Source: the human T2T-CHM13v2.0 reference genome, Homo sapiens. From it: DNA of 64,000 bases. The stretch is from assembly GCF_009914755.1 (NCBI RefSeq), contig NC_060929.1. The stretch is one strand, 5' to 3'. The translations under genes were made by a program, and so were the position numbers. The notes beneath the pieces were generated by a model that worked only from the letters and a program-made list of their open reading frames with translations, had not been told where the DNA came from and made no database searches. Positions within the stretch are counted from its first letter, which is position 1. Each line of letters opens with the position of its first letter. Below are positions 13,320 through 25,256 of this stretch, piece by piece.

Positions 13320-14500
13320 TGTGGACCCACCTCTCAAAAAAAAGCCAAATAATGTATGTGAACTTTCCCCTCCATCCGTGGAGCTTAACACCGCCCCTGC
13401 CCCATTGAGTGTGGGCTCCACTTAGTGACTCACTTCCAAAGAGCAGAGCAAAGGGAAAGTAGTAACATGACAGCGGAGGAAGCTGGCAGACACCACCCAA
13501 ACCCAAAAGGTCAGGGTTATCATCCCCAGTGATGTCATGTCCATGACATGATGCAATACAAAGGAATCTTCACCTTCGTGGTATTTTTTCCAAAAATTAC
13601 CCAGAAACCCAGTGTAAACAGGAGGAAAACAACAGAGAAGCAAAATGAAAGGACATTTTACAAAATGCCTTGCCAGCACTCCTCAAAAGTGTCAAGGTCA
13701 GGAAAAACAACGAGGAAGGGCTGAGAAACTGTCACAGACCACAGGAGACTAAAGAGGCATGACCAATGCTGTGGTCTGAATGTGTCCTCTCCGAAATTCA
13801 GGTGTTGAAACTTCATGGCCAATGTGATAGTATCAAGAGGTGAGGCCTTTAAGGGTTGATTAGGCCATGAGGGTTTCTCCCTTGTCAATAGGATTAAGGC
13901 CCCCATAAAGAGGCTTCGTGCAGCATTTGGCTAGCTTGCTCTTCTGCTGTTTTGCCACAGGTGGACACAGCGTCCCTCCCCTCTGGAGGATGCAGCAACA
14001 AAGTGCCTCCTTGGAAGCTGAGAGCAGCCCTCACTGGACAACAGAACCTGCTGGCGCTGTGATCTTGGACTTCCCAACCTCCAGAACAGTGAGAGATACA
14101 TTTCTGTTATTTATAAGCTACCCAGTCTTAGATATTCTGTTACAGCAGCACAAACAAACTAAGATTAAGCAGTGTGGGATCCTGGATGAGAAAGAGGACA
14201 TAAGTAGAAAAATGAGTGAAATCCAAATGAAGTCTAGTGTTTGGATCATAGGAATGCACGAACCTTCATCTCTTAGCTGTAGCAAAAGCACGATGGTCAC
14301 GTTAGATGGGAGCATGAGAGGAAGCTAGGTGAAGGATACGCGGGAATGTAGCTAGATTTAGGAGTAGGTAACTGAGGTGCTGGAGTGTGAATTTAGGAAT
14401 GTGCTCACTTTTGGAACCATCCCTGTGTGACCCTGTGCTATCTTTGCAAATTCTCTACAAATCTAAAATTATTCCGAAACAAAAAGTTTATTAAAGAATA
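13320..14500 (+). mobile_element. Old L1 (L1MC/L1MD-type) 3' end, interrupted by an MST LTR
   Basis: 'ccagcactcctcaaaagtgtcaaggtca...gagaaactgtcacagacc' resumes after the LTR as 'gcagtgtgggatcctggat' and ends 'atctaaaattattccgaaacaaaaagtttatt'. Confidence 0.65.
13767..14164 (+). mobile_element. MaLR LTR (MST-type) inserted into L1
   Basis: Begins TGCTGTGGTCTGAATGTGTCC; 'cttggacttcccaacctccagaacagtgaga'; ends 'gcagcacaaacaaactaaga'. Confidence 0.85.
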
Positions 14501-16220
14501 AGGCGCTGGCTAGAACCTTGCAATATCTCCTTTAGGGTACAAAACAGCTACATGCTCAGCAAGAGAAAGGGAGAATCTGACACACAATGTCCAGGAGGGT
14601 CTAGCCCACTTCAGGCCTGGGAGAGAAGGGTCGTCCTGTTGTACCTGCCATCCAGGTGCACATGGGCCTATGGGATAAATGTGCAATACAGGAGATACTG
14701 GCATTAGATGGTCCCAGCAACCAAATCTTGGGCATGATAGTCATGCAGGAGCTCCCCCGGTAAAGTATCCATATTTACAATACCTAAAGGGATTCTTTAA
14801 CTTGAGGCTTTATAAACCCAACCAAAGTTAAGTTGAGGATGGTTGGCCCACAGGCCACTGATGTATTAATGGACTCTATGTACTGCTCACAGGCACCATG
14901 GATAATATACTATGGGTTCTGATAAGAATTGTCATTTTCTTTTCCCTCAAGGACTGACTGTAGTCATAAAGCAGGATGGACAGCATCCAGCTGGGTCTTG
15001 AGTGGTGGCCCATACCGATGTGGACTCCCATGATCTGGACTGGCTGGGAGGATGCTACTGCCTGGTGGCCCCACGCCTGTTGGCCATGGGAGTTTTGGCC
15101 TTCACGTGTTAACTGAAATAATGAACACCATGGTGCTCCAGGTCTCTCGCTCCCATCCAGGCATTCTCCACCTGATATCTCTCTGGAGGGTGGATGCTTT
15201 TGTCAGCTGTGTCCTCAATAAACTGCAACCAGGCATGGGGCAATGTGGAGGGAGGGAAGAGATTTAAATTCATTTTCTGGGGGGAAGAGTCACCTCCTAC
15301 TGGAATCAAGAGCTAAAAAGAGTTCTCCCATGTGTGCAGTGCCACGTAACTTCCGGTGTAATGCCACGAAACACCCACACGTGGAAAACACAGTTGCCAG
15401 TTCTTCCTCCTCCACCGTGCAGCTCCGGGGAGCTGTGGGGAGCCAGCCCCCTCCAGAATTATCTGATGCCAGCGTTGGCGTGGACATAATAATGAACAAA
15501 TAAGCATTTTTTTAAATTGACAAGGTGAAAAAGAAGGTTTAGGATTAAGGAATCTTGCCTGAGGATTAGTCGAATGTCAGTGAGGAGAAATAACACTGAA
15601 TAGACCCAAAATATGTTTTCAGGAAACCTCGAAAATGCTTTCTGCATAATATTATATCTCCCTCTGCTAGAACTGCCAATTTTGAGTTTCTCACTATTTT
15701 TATTTTCTTGAGAAATGATCATTTTTATAAATAGCCTTTTAAATGTCAAACTAACTGGTTGAATAATTTATCTCTACTTCTTATCCTGAATAACTCAACC
15801 CTTGCTTGATTTTCTAAAGGGTTGGGGGAAAGGGGTTCTCAGACATAAGCGCCCAGAATAAATCCTTCTGTCTGTTAGAGGCTTTGGCTGTCTCCTTTCC
15901 CGCGGGTGGTGTGGGCTCCCTGTGGCTGGAAGGCGGCTGTCCTTCCGACGGCTTGCTTCCGCTTGGCTCTGCTCGCTCTTCAGTCACAGCCACAGCAGGG
16001 TCCATGAAGGCAGATGACAGACGGGAACCCCCAAGAGGCACCTAACCAGGGATCACGTGTGCTTTCCATGAAGCCACAGGAGGACCATGACTCACTCCTC
16101 AGAGCAGCAACCCAGGGCTGCGGCATGATGGGCCTGGTCGGCGCTGGGTGCCTCGTTCGGTGCCGGCAGGAACCAGCACGCACTCAGGCTGATGAGACCA
16201 GGAGGGTCAGCTGGACCCTG

Positions 16221-16410
16221 ACCATGGTTCTCAAAGGGTGTGCCAGGACCTGCAACAGAAGCACCACTTGGGAACTTGTCAGAAATGCAAATTCTTGCCC
16301 CTCCTCTAGGCCCGCTGAATCCTAAACTCTGGAGGTGGGGCCAAGCCATCTGTGAATGAACTCCCGCTCCGGGTCGCACCGACCCACCCTCACGTGTGAG
16401 AACCCCGGTC
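16221..16410. mobile_element. MER5A-like hAT-Charlie DNA transposon
   Basis: 'ggttctcaaag...cacttgggaacttgtcagaaatgcaaattctt...ctgaatc...ctctggaggtggggcc...tgagaacc'. Confidence 0.75.
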
Positions 16411-16494
16411 TAGGACCCTGGTTCTCCAACTCGCCTGTATATGTTTTCAAAATGCTTGACCTCTCACTGGGAATTTTTTAAAAAATAAATTTTA

Positions 16495-16615
16495 AAAATG
16501 CTAACAAGTCGATCGCCACAGATTGTGATTCCGTTTCTGTGAGGTGTGGTGTGGACATCGGGCTTTTCGGAATGCCCCAGGGATTCTGATGGGCGGTAAA
16601 GTTCGAGAACTCCTG
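16495..16615. mobile_element. MER5-family fragment in opposite orientation to the preceding copy
   Basis: 'gccccagggattctgatgggcggtaaagttcgagaac' resembles a MER5B end. Confidence 0.45.
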
Positions 16616-18192
16616 GCCCACAGCAATCCCAAAGCTCTGAGCCTGGGCTCCTCCCGAACCTGGCGCTGCGCTGTCTTCCAGGCCCTGAAATCCCTTTCTC
16701 TCTGAGGGTAGTTCTAGCACAGGGTTCACTGCTCTGACGGCGCCTGAAAATAAACCCGGGAGATTTCTAAAGGTTCTCATTTAATTGTTTTAGATTGTTT
16801 GCATTATCAGTTCTTAGTTAATCCTGATGTGCAGCCTTAGGTGAGAATCAGAGACTAACTCTCACCCCCATTCTCTTCTGGGTAGAATTTTTCCTCTCCG
16901 AACAACATCTGAAATTATCTCCAAAATCAGATGGCAGGGGTGGGTGGGGGATGGGGGGGGGACTCCTCCCAAAATGCCCCAGGGCTAAAAGTGCCTCCTC
17001 TTAGTAGCAGTTTTAAATACTTTGGGCCCTAGTTGTTCCCAGACCACCTCTCCTGATTGACGTTTCCAATGACCTGCGGGTTTCTGCACTTGTTCTAGGT
17101 CCTTGAGTCACAGCAAACCAGAGATCTCTGCGAGAAACGCTTCCACCACATCATCCTCCCCACCTCCTGGGCCAAGCCCTTGTGCTCACGGCACCTTTAC
17201 TTCTCTACAGCAAAGCAGAAAAGATTTCACTTTTCTCCCTTAATGCTCTCTGGGGCTCTCTGTTTGTATTCAAAGGGGTATCCCTAATTAGAGAAATTTT
17301 ATGAAATTCCTTAAAATAAATAATCCCAAATTGCATTTTATCATAGCCAGTTTCACTGTAACTCAAGTGTCCTGGTGGATGTAAATCACATAGAGAAAAT
17401 CAAGACCTTCATTTCTAAAACAAGCATACAAATTCTTCTCTAAAACATCTCAGCTCAGCTCTGACTTCCTCCAGAAAGCCCTCCCTGGTTTCCCTCAAGA
17501 TAAGACTCATTGTGAAAGGCCTCCTAGCTCAGTAGACCTCTCCTCCTCATCATGGACAGAGTCCGAAGCCACTGATTTGTGAGGTGTAATTCCTCTCTGT
17601 CCTGTGAAGGCAGGGCCAGGCTGTGTGGTCCCTCTTGTATCCCCAAGGCTTGGCTCAGTGGCCGGCACAGTTGTCAAATAAACGCAAGCCTGTTCCTCCT
17701 CCTCCAAAGAGTAGGAATCCTTTCCCCCATCTTGGCAGCTTTCTCAGGAAAGGCAGAATGGGCTGCTCATGAAATCAAAAGCCTCCTTGAGAAATGTAAC
17801 ATTCCACATGGAAGTTTAAAGCCAGAAGCAGAAGGAATGCAGTCAGTGCCGGAGGGTGGCTGGCTGCACACGGCTGTGGGGCTGTTTGGTTTGAGTTTGC
17901 TAGGTTTGGGGATGCTTTTGCTCAAGACAGTTAAGCACAAAGGAGGGAACATTGTAGGGGTTGGGTCCTGCAGTTGGGTCCACCAAAGAGAGGCTGGGCT
18001 GGGTATAGACGGAGCTGTCAAGCCTCTCCTGCCCCTCCTGAGGACACCCGCTCAGAGCCGCTCCTCACTTCTGCAGAGAGTGCAGTGTTGAGCTTTTGAT
18101 TTTTCTCTGAGTCCCTATGTTAGAATGCAGGATGGAACGTCAGATCAGGTTCACTCCTCTCCTTTCTGTCTGTCGGGTGCTCTCTGTATCAG

Positions 18193-18262
18193 ATCATTAA
18201 GTCCAAACATGAACTGATAAAAACTGACAATCATTAAGTCCAAACATGAACTGATAAAAACT
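18193..18262. repeat. Perfect 33-bp direct repeat x2 (period 37)
   Basis: ATCATTAAGTCCAAACATGAACTGATAAAAACT at 18193-18225 and 18230-18262. Confidence 0.95.
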
Positions 18263-18299
18263 CTTAAGATAAACAAGATTAATCCATTTTCAGTGACAA

Positions 18300-18680
18300 T
18301 TTTATTTTTATTTTTTAACTGTTTTTGGTGAGTTTCTATTTTGATATAATCTCTAGATTACAAGAATAGTGCAAGAATAGAATGAGAAACTTCAGTATAT
18401 CTTTTACTCATATATACAGTTACTTACATTTTTCCCTATGTGCTTTATTATTCTCTCTGTTTATATATATATTATTATCATTTGAATCATTTGAGAGTTA
18501 GCTAGAAATATCATATCCCTTTATCACTCAATACTTCTCTATATATATTTCCCAAAAGCAAAGACTTCCCTTTTATAACCACACTTTAGTATCAAAATTT
18601 AACATTGACACCATTTATTTAATTCATAATTCATATTCAAATGGTATTCATTGTACCAATGATGTCCTTAAAGCAATATT
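18300..18680 (-). mobile_element. Old L1 (L1MC/ME-type) 3' fragment
   Basis: AT-rich; 'catttgagagttagc...aatacttc...tatatttcccaaaagcaaagac...tataaccaca...atttaacattgac' resembles antisense L1MC4-like 3' end. Confidence 0.55.
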
Positions 18681-18733
18681 AGGACCATAAGCATCACAAT
18701 CAACTATTTTATTATTATTTTAAATGAAGGTAC

Positions 18734-19058
18734 TTTTTTTTTTGAGACAGAATCTCACTCTCTCATCCAGGCTAGAGTGCAGTGGCACAATCTCAGCTCA
18801 CTGCCACCTCCACCTCCCTTATTGAAGCAATTCCCCTGCCTCAGCCTCCTGAGTAGCTAGATTACAGGTGCACAGCACCATGCTCGGCAAATTCTTTTTC
18901 TTTTCTTTTTTTTTTTTTTTTTTTTTTTTTGTATTTTTAGTAGAGACAGGGTTTCACCATGTTGGCCGGACTGGCCTTGAACGCCTGACCTCAGGCAATC
19001 CGCCCATCTCCGCCTCCCAAACTGCTGGGATTACATGCGTGAGCCACCGCGCCCAGCC
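18734..19058 (-). mobile_element. Full-length AluS with expanded central T tract
   Basis: Canonical antisense Alu; flanking TAAATGAAG at 18721 and 19059 as probable TSD. Confidence 0.93.
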
Positions 19059-19731
19059 TAAATGAAGATTCTTAAAGCCCCATCTTAGAAAACAAAATCA
19101 GTGATCATTTAAAAGGTAGAGTCAGAGTTTGCATAAAAAAGTAAACAATTTTTCGATCTGCCCCCAACCCCACCAAGTGTTTCCCAGCTGCAGCCAGGAT
19201 AAAGGAAAGATCCGCAATTGTCACCCTTTTTTGTTTTTGTTTTTATTTATTTATTTATTTTTGTCTCTTGACATGCTAGAAAGATGAGGAATTGGGAAAG
19301 GGCAAAAAGCCAAACTAGCAGCAAACTGATTTTTTTTTGAAATCCTAGAACTAAAAAATCAATCCTTGAGCAACCAAAAATACATTATAAAATAAAACCT
19401 CCAGAGTCGTTTTCCAGCATGGGGAGAGTTTCACAGGTAATTTAGGGAACGTTGTGTGTGGGTGTATATGTACATCATAGCAGAACCTTTTCATTCCATG
19501 ACCATTTACAGGCTCTCCCTACGGGCATTATCTACTATACATCTCAAAACAGTGGTGAATGAATATTAGTCCTCCCCTAAGGCTCAGTGAAATGAAGAAA
19601 TATGGTCAAGTCCATGCAGCTCTGAGAGCTGTCACTGGGATGTAAACCAAAACCTCTGTCTCTGAATCCAGAACTCTGTTAACCACCTGCAGCCCCCAGG
19701 ACCCGGACTAAGCCTGGAGCTGGCTGTGGGG

Positions 19732-20154
19732 TGTTATACTCATTTCTAAGGCTGTCTTAGCACATTACAAAACTGGAGGCTTAAAAAGAACAGAAATTTA
19801 TTCCCTCGCTGTTCAAGAGACCAGTAGTCTGAAATCAAGGTGCCAGCAGGGAGCTCTTGGAGAGAATCTTTCCTGTCCTCTTCCTGCTGTTGGCTCCAGG
19901 CATTCCTTGGCTTGTGGCTGCATTGCTCCAATCTCCGCCTCTCTCTTCACCTGGCCTTCCCCTCTGCATCTCTGCATCTTCTTCCATCATAAAGACAGTC
20001 TCATTGGATTTAAGGCCCACCCTAATCCAGTGTTTTATCTTGACTTTGACCTTGACCTTAATTACATCTGCAAAAACCCTATTTCTGAATAAGCTCATGT
20101 GCTGAGGTTCTGGGTGGGCATGAATTTGGGGGAGACACTATCCAATCCACTACC
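19732..20154 (-). mobile_element. MaLR LTR (MLT1B/C-like)
   Basis: 'acagaaatttatt...gtctgaaatcaaggtgccagcaggg...gattTAAGGCCCACCCTAATCCAG...ttaattacatctgcaaaaaccctattt'. Confidence 0.8.
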
Positions 20155-20159
20155 ATCGC

Positions 20160-20253
20160 ATCTACAGAATACCTCCACGGCAACACCTACATCAGTGTTT
20201 GGTTGAATAACAGTACAGTAGCCTAGCCAAAGAGACACATCAAACTAACCATC
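20160..20253 (-). mobile_element. MLT2-type LTR fragment
   Basis: 'tagcctagccaaagagacacatcaaactaaccatc' similar to the MLT2 end at 810-844. Confidence 0.55.
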
Positions 20254-21616
20254 CTGGGGGCAACAAAGCTACAGGATAGTGGTATTCATGCTTGGCCATG
20301 ATCTCCATCTTTTAAGTTAATAATGTTGTGCTTTCTTCATGGTCTCCAGATGCACGGTCACCAATGGAAGACACGCAACCAATTCTTGGGGAAAGCGTTT
20401 GAATCAGAACACCAAGGGAACAGTGCATCTCCTTGCATCCTAAATTCCGCAAGTCAAGATGGAGATTAGGGCTGACTCCACCTGGCAGAGCTAAGGACAC
20501 TTTGAAGCACACACCAAATTCTTCTGGTGAGGCTTCATTGTGAGGTAGGCTGGGGGTGTGGATCTAACCCAAGCAAGACAGCCTGCACCCTCACCTGCTC
20601 CTTGCTGAGTCCTGGAGAGCTGGGGGACTCCAGGTGTCGTGGCCATCGTCCCCGTACCTTGCCCAGGTGGGTGGACACAGAGAGAGATGCATTGAAGTAT
20701 TCTGGAAAGCAATGATAAAAAGATGGGGAAGTGTCTTTTGAGCTCCCTTAACACACAGCCAACTGCACTGTCTTGTCCCAGCGGCCAGTGCACAGAGAGA
20801 AGTCTCCATGCTGTTCTGTTCCTCCATACAGAAACATTTCAATAAACAACCTTCAATGCAGCGTCTCCTGCTTAACGTGAAGTGTCTTGTCAGCCAACCC
20901 AGCACAGCGTGGCTCTATCCTAGGGAGTGGCTTTAAGCCTTTCATGCAATTCATACCCCCAGTCCAAGTTAGGCAGCCCCATCTTTTTAAATCCCCTGTC
21001 TTGCACATGAAAACGCAGGCATTGAGACACGTCCAGTGGTTTCCTGAGATCCTGGGAAGAGAGCGTGAGGGCATGGAGCTGACCTGGCTGCCACTCTCCC
21101 TCCAGTGGGGCCTTTGCTGTGAAGCCAGTCACACCTGGTGACCTGCATGAGATGCCTCTGCCAAATACCTCCCTGAAAGCCTCACCTCTGGAACTCGCTG
21201 CATCCCATGGCTCTGAAGCAAGAGAACAAGTGCCCTGTACCCCTCCCTCCACCTTCTCTAGGTGAAAAGATGTTTTTTTTCTGGAAAAAAAACCCACAAA
21301 AACAAAACAAGCAAACAAACAAAAAAACATGGGACTAAAGACAGAAGACCTAGGTCTATTCCTCACTTGCGTCAAGACCACCCTTGACCTTGGGGAAAAG
21401 AGGGAATACCCTGGGCCAAATTTTTATCCTAAGGAAGATAGGAATCTCAACGTGAACAATGGATGTCAGAACCAGTGTCCAAACCAGACATTGAGAATAA
21501 CAGGGCAGTCCTCAAACGCACTTTAGGAAGACATTGACTTCCACTGGCTTGCTTTAAGGGTGCTTTCTCCTCTCTTCCTACACTCTCTAATTCTAGGGAG
21601 GGAGAGCTATGGTCTT

Positions 21617-21754
21617 ATGTTGAAGCTCACAGCTGCCAGAGTGACATGGAGCCAGTTATTCCATCATTCTAGGCCTTAGTTTCTAATGTTGAAGCTCACA
21701 GCTGCCAGAGTGACATGGGGCCAGTTATTCCATCATTCTAGGCCTTAGTTTCTA
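21617..21754. repeat. 69-bp tandem duplication (1 mismatch)
   Basis: ATGTTGAAGCTCACAGCTGCC...GGCCTTAGTTTCTA at 21617-21685 and 21686-21754. Confidence 0.95.
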
Positions 21755-22423
21755 TGGACAAAAATGCAGCTTGAGTGAGAGAATCCATGTAGACCCTTAG
21801 CAAGGGATCTGGCTTACAATGTTAGCGATGACCTCGGTGGGTACAGGATGTCACAGAGGGCTGCAGAGGCCCCAGTTCACCCAAAACACACAGGCAGGCA
21901 GTTTCTTTTGTTCAAACATCAGAGGCAAGACACTGTCCAAAGGTGCAGGAATGACTCCTCAGGGGACAGGCAGGGGAAGGGATGTTTGCTGCTTGCAGAT
22001 GTGGTGAGGTTTTAGTATATTTAACAAATATCTTACTTTGGCAATTACAAATAACTGTAAAAGCACAAATGAAGCTCCTTGGCTTCCACTTGATGATAAA
22101 GTCACTCTGGGAAGGAAGAAGGAAGAAAAGGAGCTGCTAACCCAGACCTCGTTCAAAGGGATGAGAATCCGAGTGGAGGAAGGGCATCACTACAACGTGG
22201 GACTGTGCTGGCCTGGGAGACTAGGCAGGGCAGCATCAGGGTGCCCAGAAGGCATGGCCCTTCCCAGGGACCACAGGAAGGAACCTGTCCATGGAGACCA
22301 TCTCTAAAAGGGACATTGGATCAAGAAGGGAGGGAAATTTCTCAAAAATACAGTTCTGACCAGAGAGCCCTTTTGGAAGGTCCTGTGAGGATGCAGGAGG
22401 TGCATTCCTGTGTTACCAAGAGC

Positions 22424-22890
22424 CAGGGGCCCCAACCCTGGTACTGGTCCATGGCCTGTTAGGAACTGAGACCAGGTCGTACAGCAAGAGGTGAGCAGCA
22501 GGCGAGTGAGCATCACCGCCTGAGCTCTTCCTCCTGTCAGACCAGTGTTGGCATTAAGGTGAGCAGCGGGCGAGTGAGTATTACCGCCTGAGCTCCACCT
22601 CCTGTCAGACCAGTGTTGGCATTAAGGTGAGCAGCGGGCGAGTGAGCATTACCGCCTGAGCTCTGCCTCCTGTCAGACCAGTGGTGGCATTAGATTCTCA
22701 TAGGAGCAGGAAGCCTATTGTGAACTGCGCATGCCAGGGATCTAGGTTGCCAGCTCCTAATGAGAATCTAATGCCTGATGATCTGGGGTGGAACAGTTTC
22801 ATCCCAAAACCATTTCCCCCACCACCCTGTACAAGGAAAAATTGTCTTCCACAAGACTGGTCCCTCGTGCCAAAGAGGCTGGGGACCGCA
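22424..22890 (+). mobile_element. MER1B hAT-Charlie element with internal 68-bp triplication
   Basis: CAGGGGCCCCAACCC start, 'gcattagattctcataggagc...gagaatctaatgcctgatgatctg' core, 'ggctggggaccgc' end. Confidence 0.9.
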
Positions 22891-23824
22891 CACTGCTGAC
22901 GATGAACTGAGGAGGCACTCTGGTGTATTGCCGGCCACGAGAGAGACTGCAGTGCTGTAGGGTCGCGTGCCCCCATGGTGGGGGTGTGCATGGACAGTGG
23001 GGACCTGGAAGGGGGAGCTGAAGCCTGAAGACCTGGACAGGCCCCGGGTTTTAAGAGTGGAAGAAAATGGAATGCCCTTGACCCCACCACCCGTTTTACA
23101 GGAAGAGAAATGAAGGGGACCCTGGACACCAGAAACCACGGGATATTTTAAGATTCATGAAGGGCCCCAATCATCTCTTTGGATATCTTGGAGGGCAAGA
23201 GGAAAAGCAGGTGTCAGATGATAAAACAATGAGTGGCATCCATGCTGGCAGCCTGAGAAGGCCTGGGTCAGCTGTGGCCCTGGTCGCCCACCCAGCCTCA
23301 TGCCCCTCATACCTGTGGCACCCCTGTTCACTAATAATCTGCAATGAGTTTCCAACATTGCTTACTTCCAAGGCCATGTGGGCTAATTTTAATGATCAGC
23401 TAATTTAAACACCCTCCAAATCAACTTTCCTGGAAGCGCTAAGATCAGCTAGGGAGCCCTAAACAAGATGATGCCACCAGTGGGGACAAGGAGTGCTAGA
23501 AAGGAAAGACCATGCTTAAAGAGGATAGGGGTCCATTTCTCCCCATTCCCTGTGATCAATTACATATTACGAGTATTTCTGGACAGGATTATAATCTTAG
23601 CATTCACTTCAGCTTTATCAATAACTATGTATTTGATTTCATCATACAAAACTGGGGAAACAAACAAGACAATTGACTTGGAAAAGTGGAATTGTCCAGA
23701 GATAAAAATCCACACTGATTTTCTACTACTCCGGCATCAGGCATGGTGCATTAGCTGCTATGACTTCACTCCACATTTGACCTTGACTAATCCTTGCATA
23801 ATCCTTTACCCCCTTCCCATAGCC

Positions 23825-24003
23825 CAGGATTCTCTGCTGGGGCAATTTTGCACCCCCCTTCCCACAAGGGTCACTTGGCAGTGTCTAGAGACACTTTGCT
23901 TGTCACAGCAGGGGTGCTGTAAACACCCTGCAATGCACAGGCCAGGGACCCCACCCCACCCCACCCCACCATCAATAGTGCCGAGGCTGAAAAATCTGCT
24001 CTA
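23825..24003. mobile_element. MER20 hAT-Charlie element (degenerate)
   Basis: 'ggggcaattttgcacccc...ttggcagtgtctagagacact...aaacaccctgcaatgcacagg...caatagtgccgaggctga'. Confidence 0.75.
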
Positions 24004-24828
24004 ATCCCCAAAGATTCAGGCTATAAGTTGTTACAATGTTTTTAAACTCAAGTCATTCATCTAATCCAATCATTACTAACTTACATTTCTAAATGATTAT
24101 ATCATAAATACCAAAGCGGGCCATTTAAAACAAAGTCCACAGAAGCAACTAGACTGTTAAGGAAGGAAGTCACCATTAACTTTCCAGTCAGCATTCATTA
24201 AAAGTGAATGATGAATCTTATCACGTCATAGTGTAAATAAAAAATTATGTACTAAATAAGATGAGTGTTCTTTTTGACCCTGACTTGTCACCTTGGCATA
24301 TTCTCTGACGTGTCTCACATTAACCACTGGCAAGAGCCCAGAAAATATTCGCCCTGTAAATACAATGTCAACGGAAGGAGAGGCGTGTAATTACACCAGG
24401 CAGGAGCCCGAGCTTACCAAATTACATGTTTTCCCAGCTTCACATTTTACAATTTAATAATATCTCCTATAATTATACATTGTTACAGCATGATGTCAGA
24501 GATGCACTCGAGCTCTTCTCTCTGGTGGGGGTTTTTCAGTGGCTATGCTGCACCCAAATGCTTTCCCAATCTTCAAGATGTTCTGGTCTTTTTATAGACC
24601 TAACTAATAAAAATAGAGAAAGAAATTGCAAGGCGGCTGCTAAAAAGGGCACCTTTATGTTGAATGTTTGTGCTTTCACTGGTGTTTGGCGGCTGTGGCA
24701 TTTACGGGAGCTGATGCAGATCTTGTACTGAGTACGGTTAGACCCGATGGTGCAAACAGCCCCCAACTTTTACGGCATCCACTGAATTTGTGCCCCCAAT
24801 CTCCTGCGTTGGTGATGCTTCAACCCTT

Positions 24829-25256
24829 GTGTATTAATGTCCTGGCACACGCGGCAAAGTATCACGGACTGGGAGCTTAAACAACAGACATTTATTGCTC
24901 ACAGTTTGGAGAGTCCACACATCCAAGATCAAGGTGTTGGCACGGCCATGCTCCCTCTGAAGATGCCAGAAAAGGCTCTGTTCATGTCCTCCCTCCTTGG
25001 CTTGTAGTTGGCCATCTTCCCCCTGTGTCCCACCCACTCCACTGCACGCCTTCCTTCTATGCATGGCTGTCTCTGTGTCCACACATTCCTTTTACAAGGA
25101 CACAGCTCAGATCGGGTTAGGGACCACTCTAATGACTTGCTTTAACTTTAATTACCTCTGTAAGGACCCTATCTCCAAATAAAGTCACACTCTGAAGTAC
25201 GGGAGGTCAGGGCTTCAACATATCTTTTTGGGGGGACCACAGTTCCATCCATAACA
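24829..25256 (-). mobile_element. MaLR LTR (MLT1B/C-like)
   Basis: 'gcttaaacaacagacatttattgctcacagtttggag...tccaagatcaaggtgttggca...ttaattacctctgtaaggaccctatctccaaataa...ccataaca'. Confidence 0.85.

Noticed and set aside
8145-14164. Two MST LTRs that might bound a provirus
   Set aside because: Opposite orientations, no MaLR internal sequence between them, and the second sits inside an L1; independent solo LTRs
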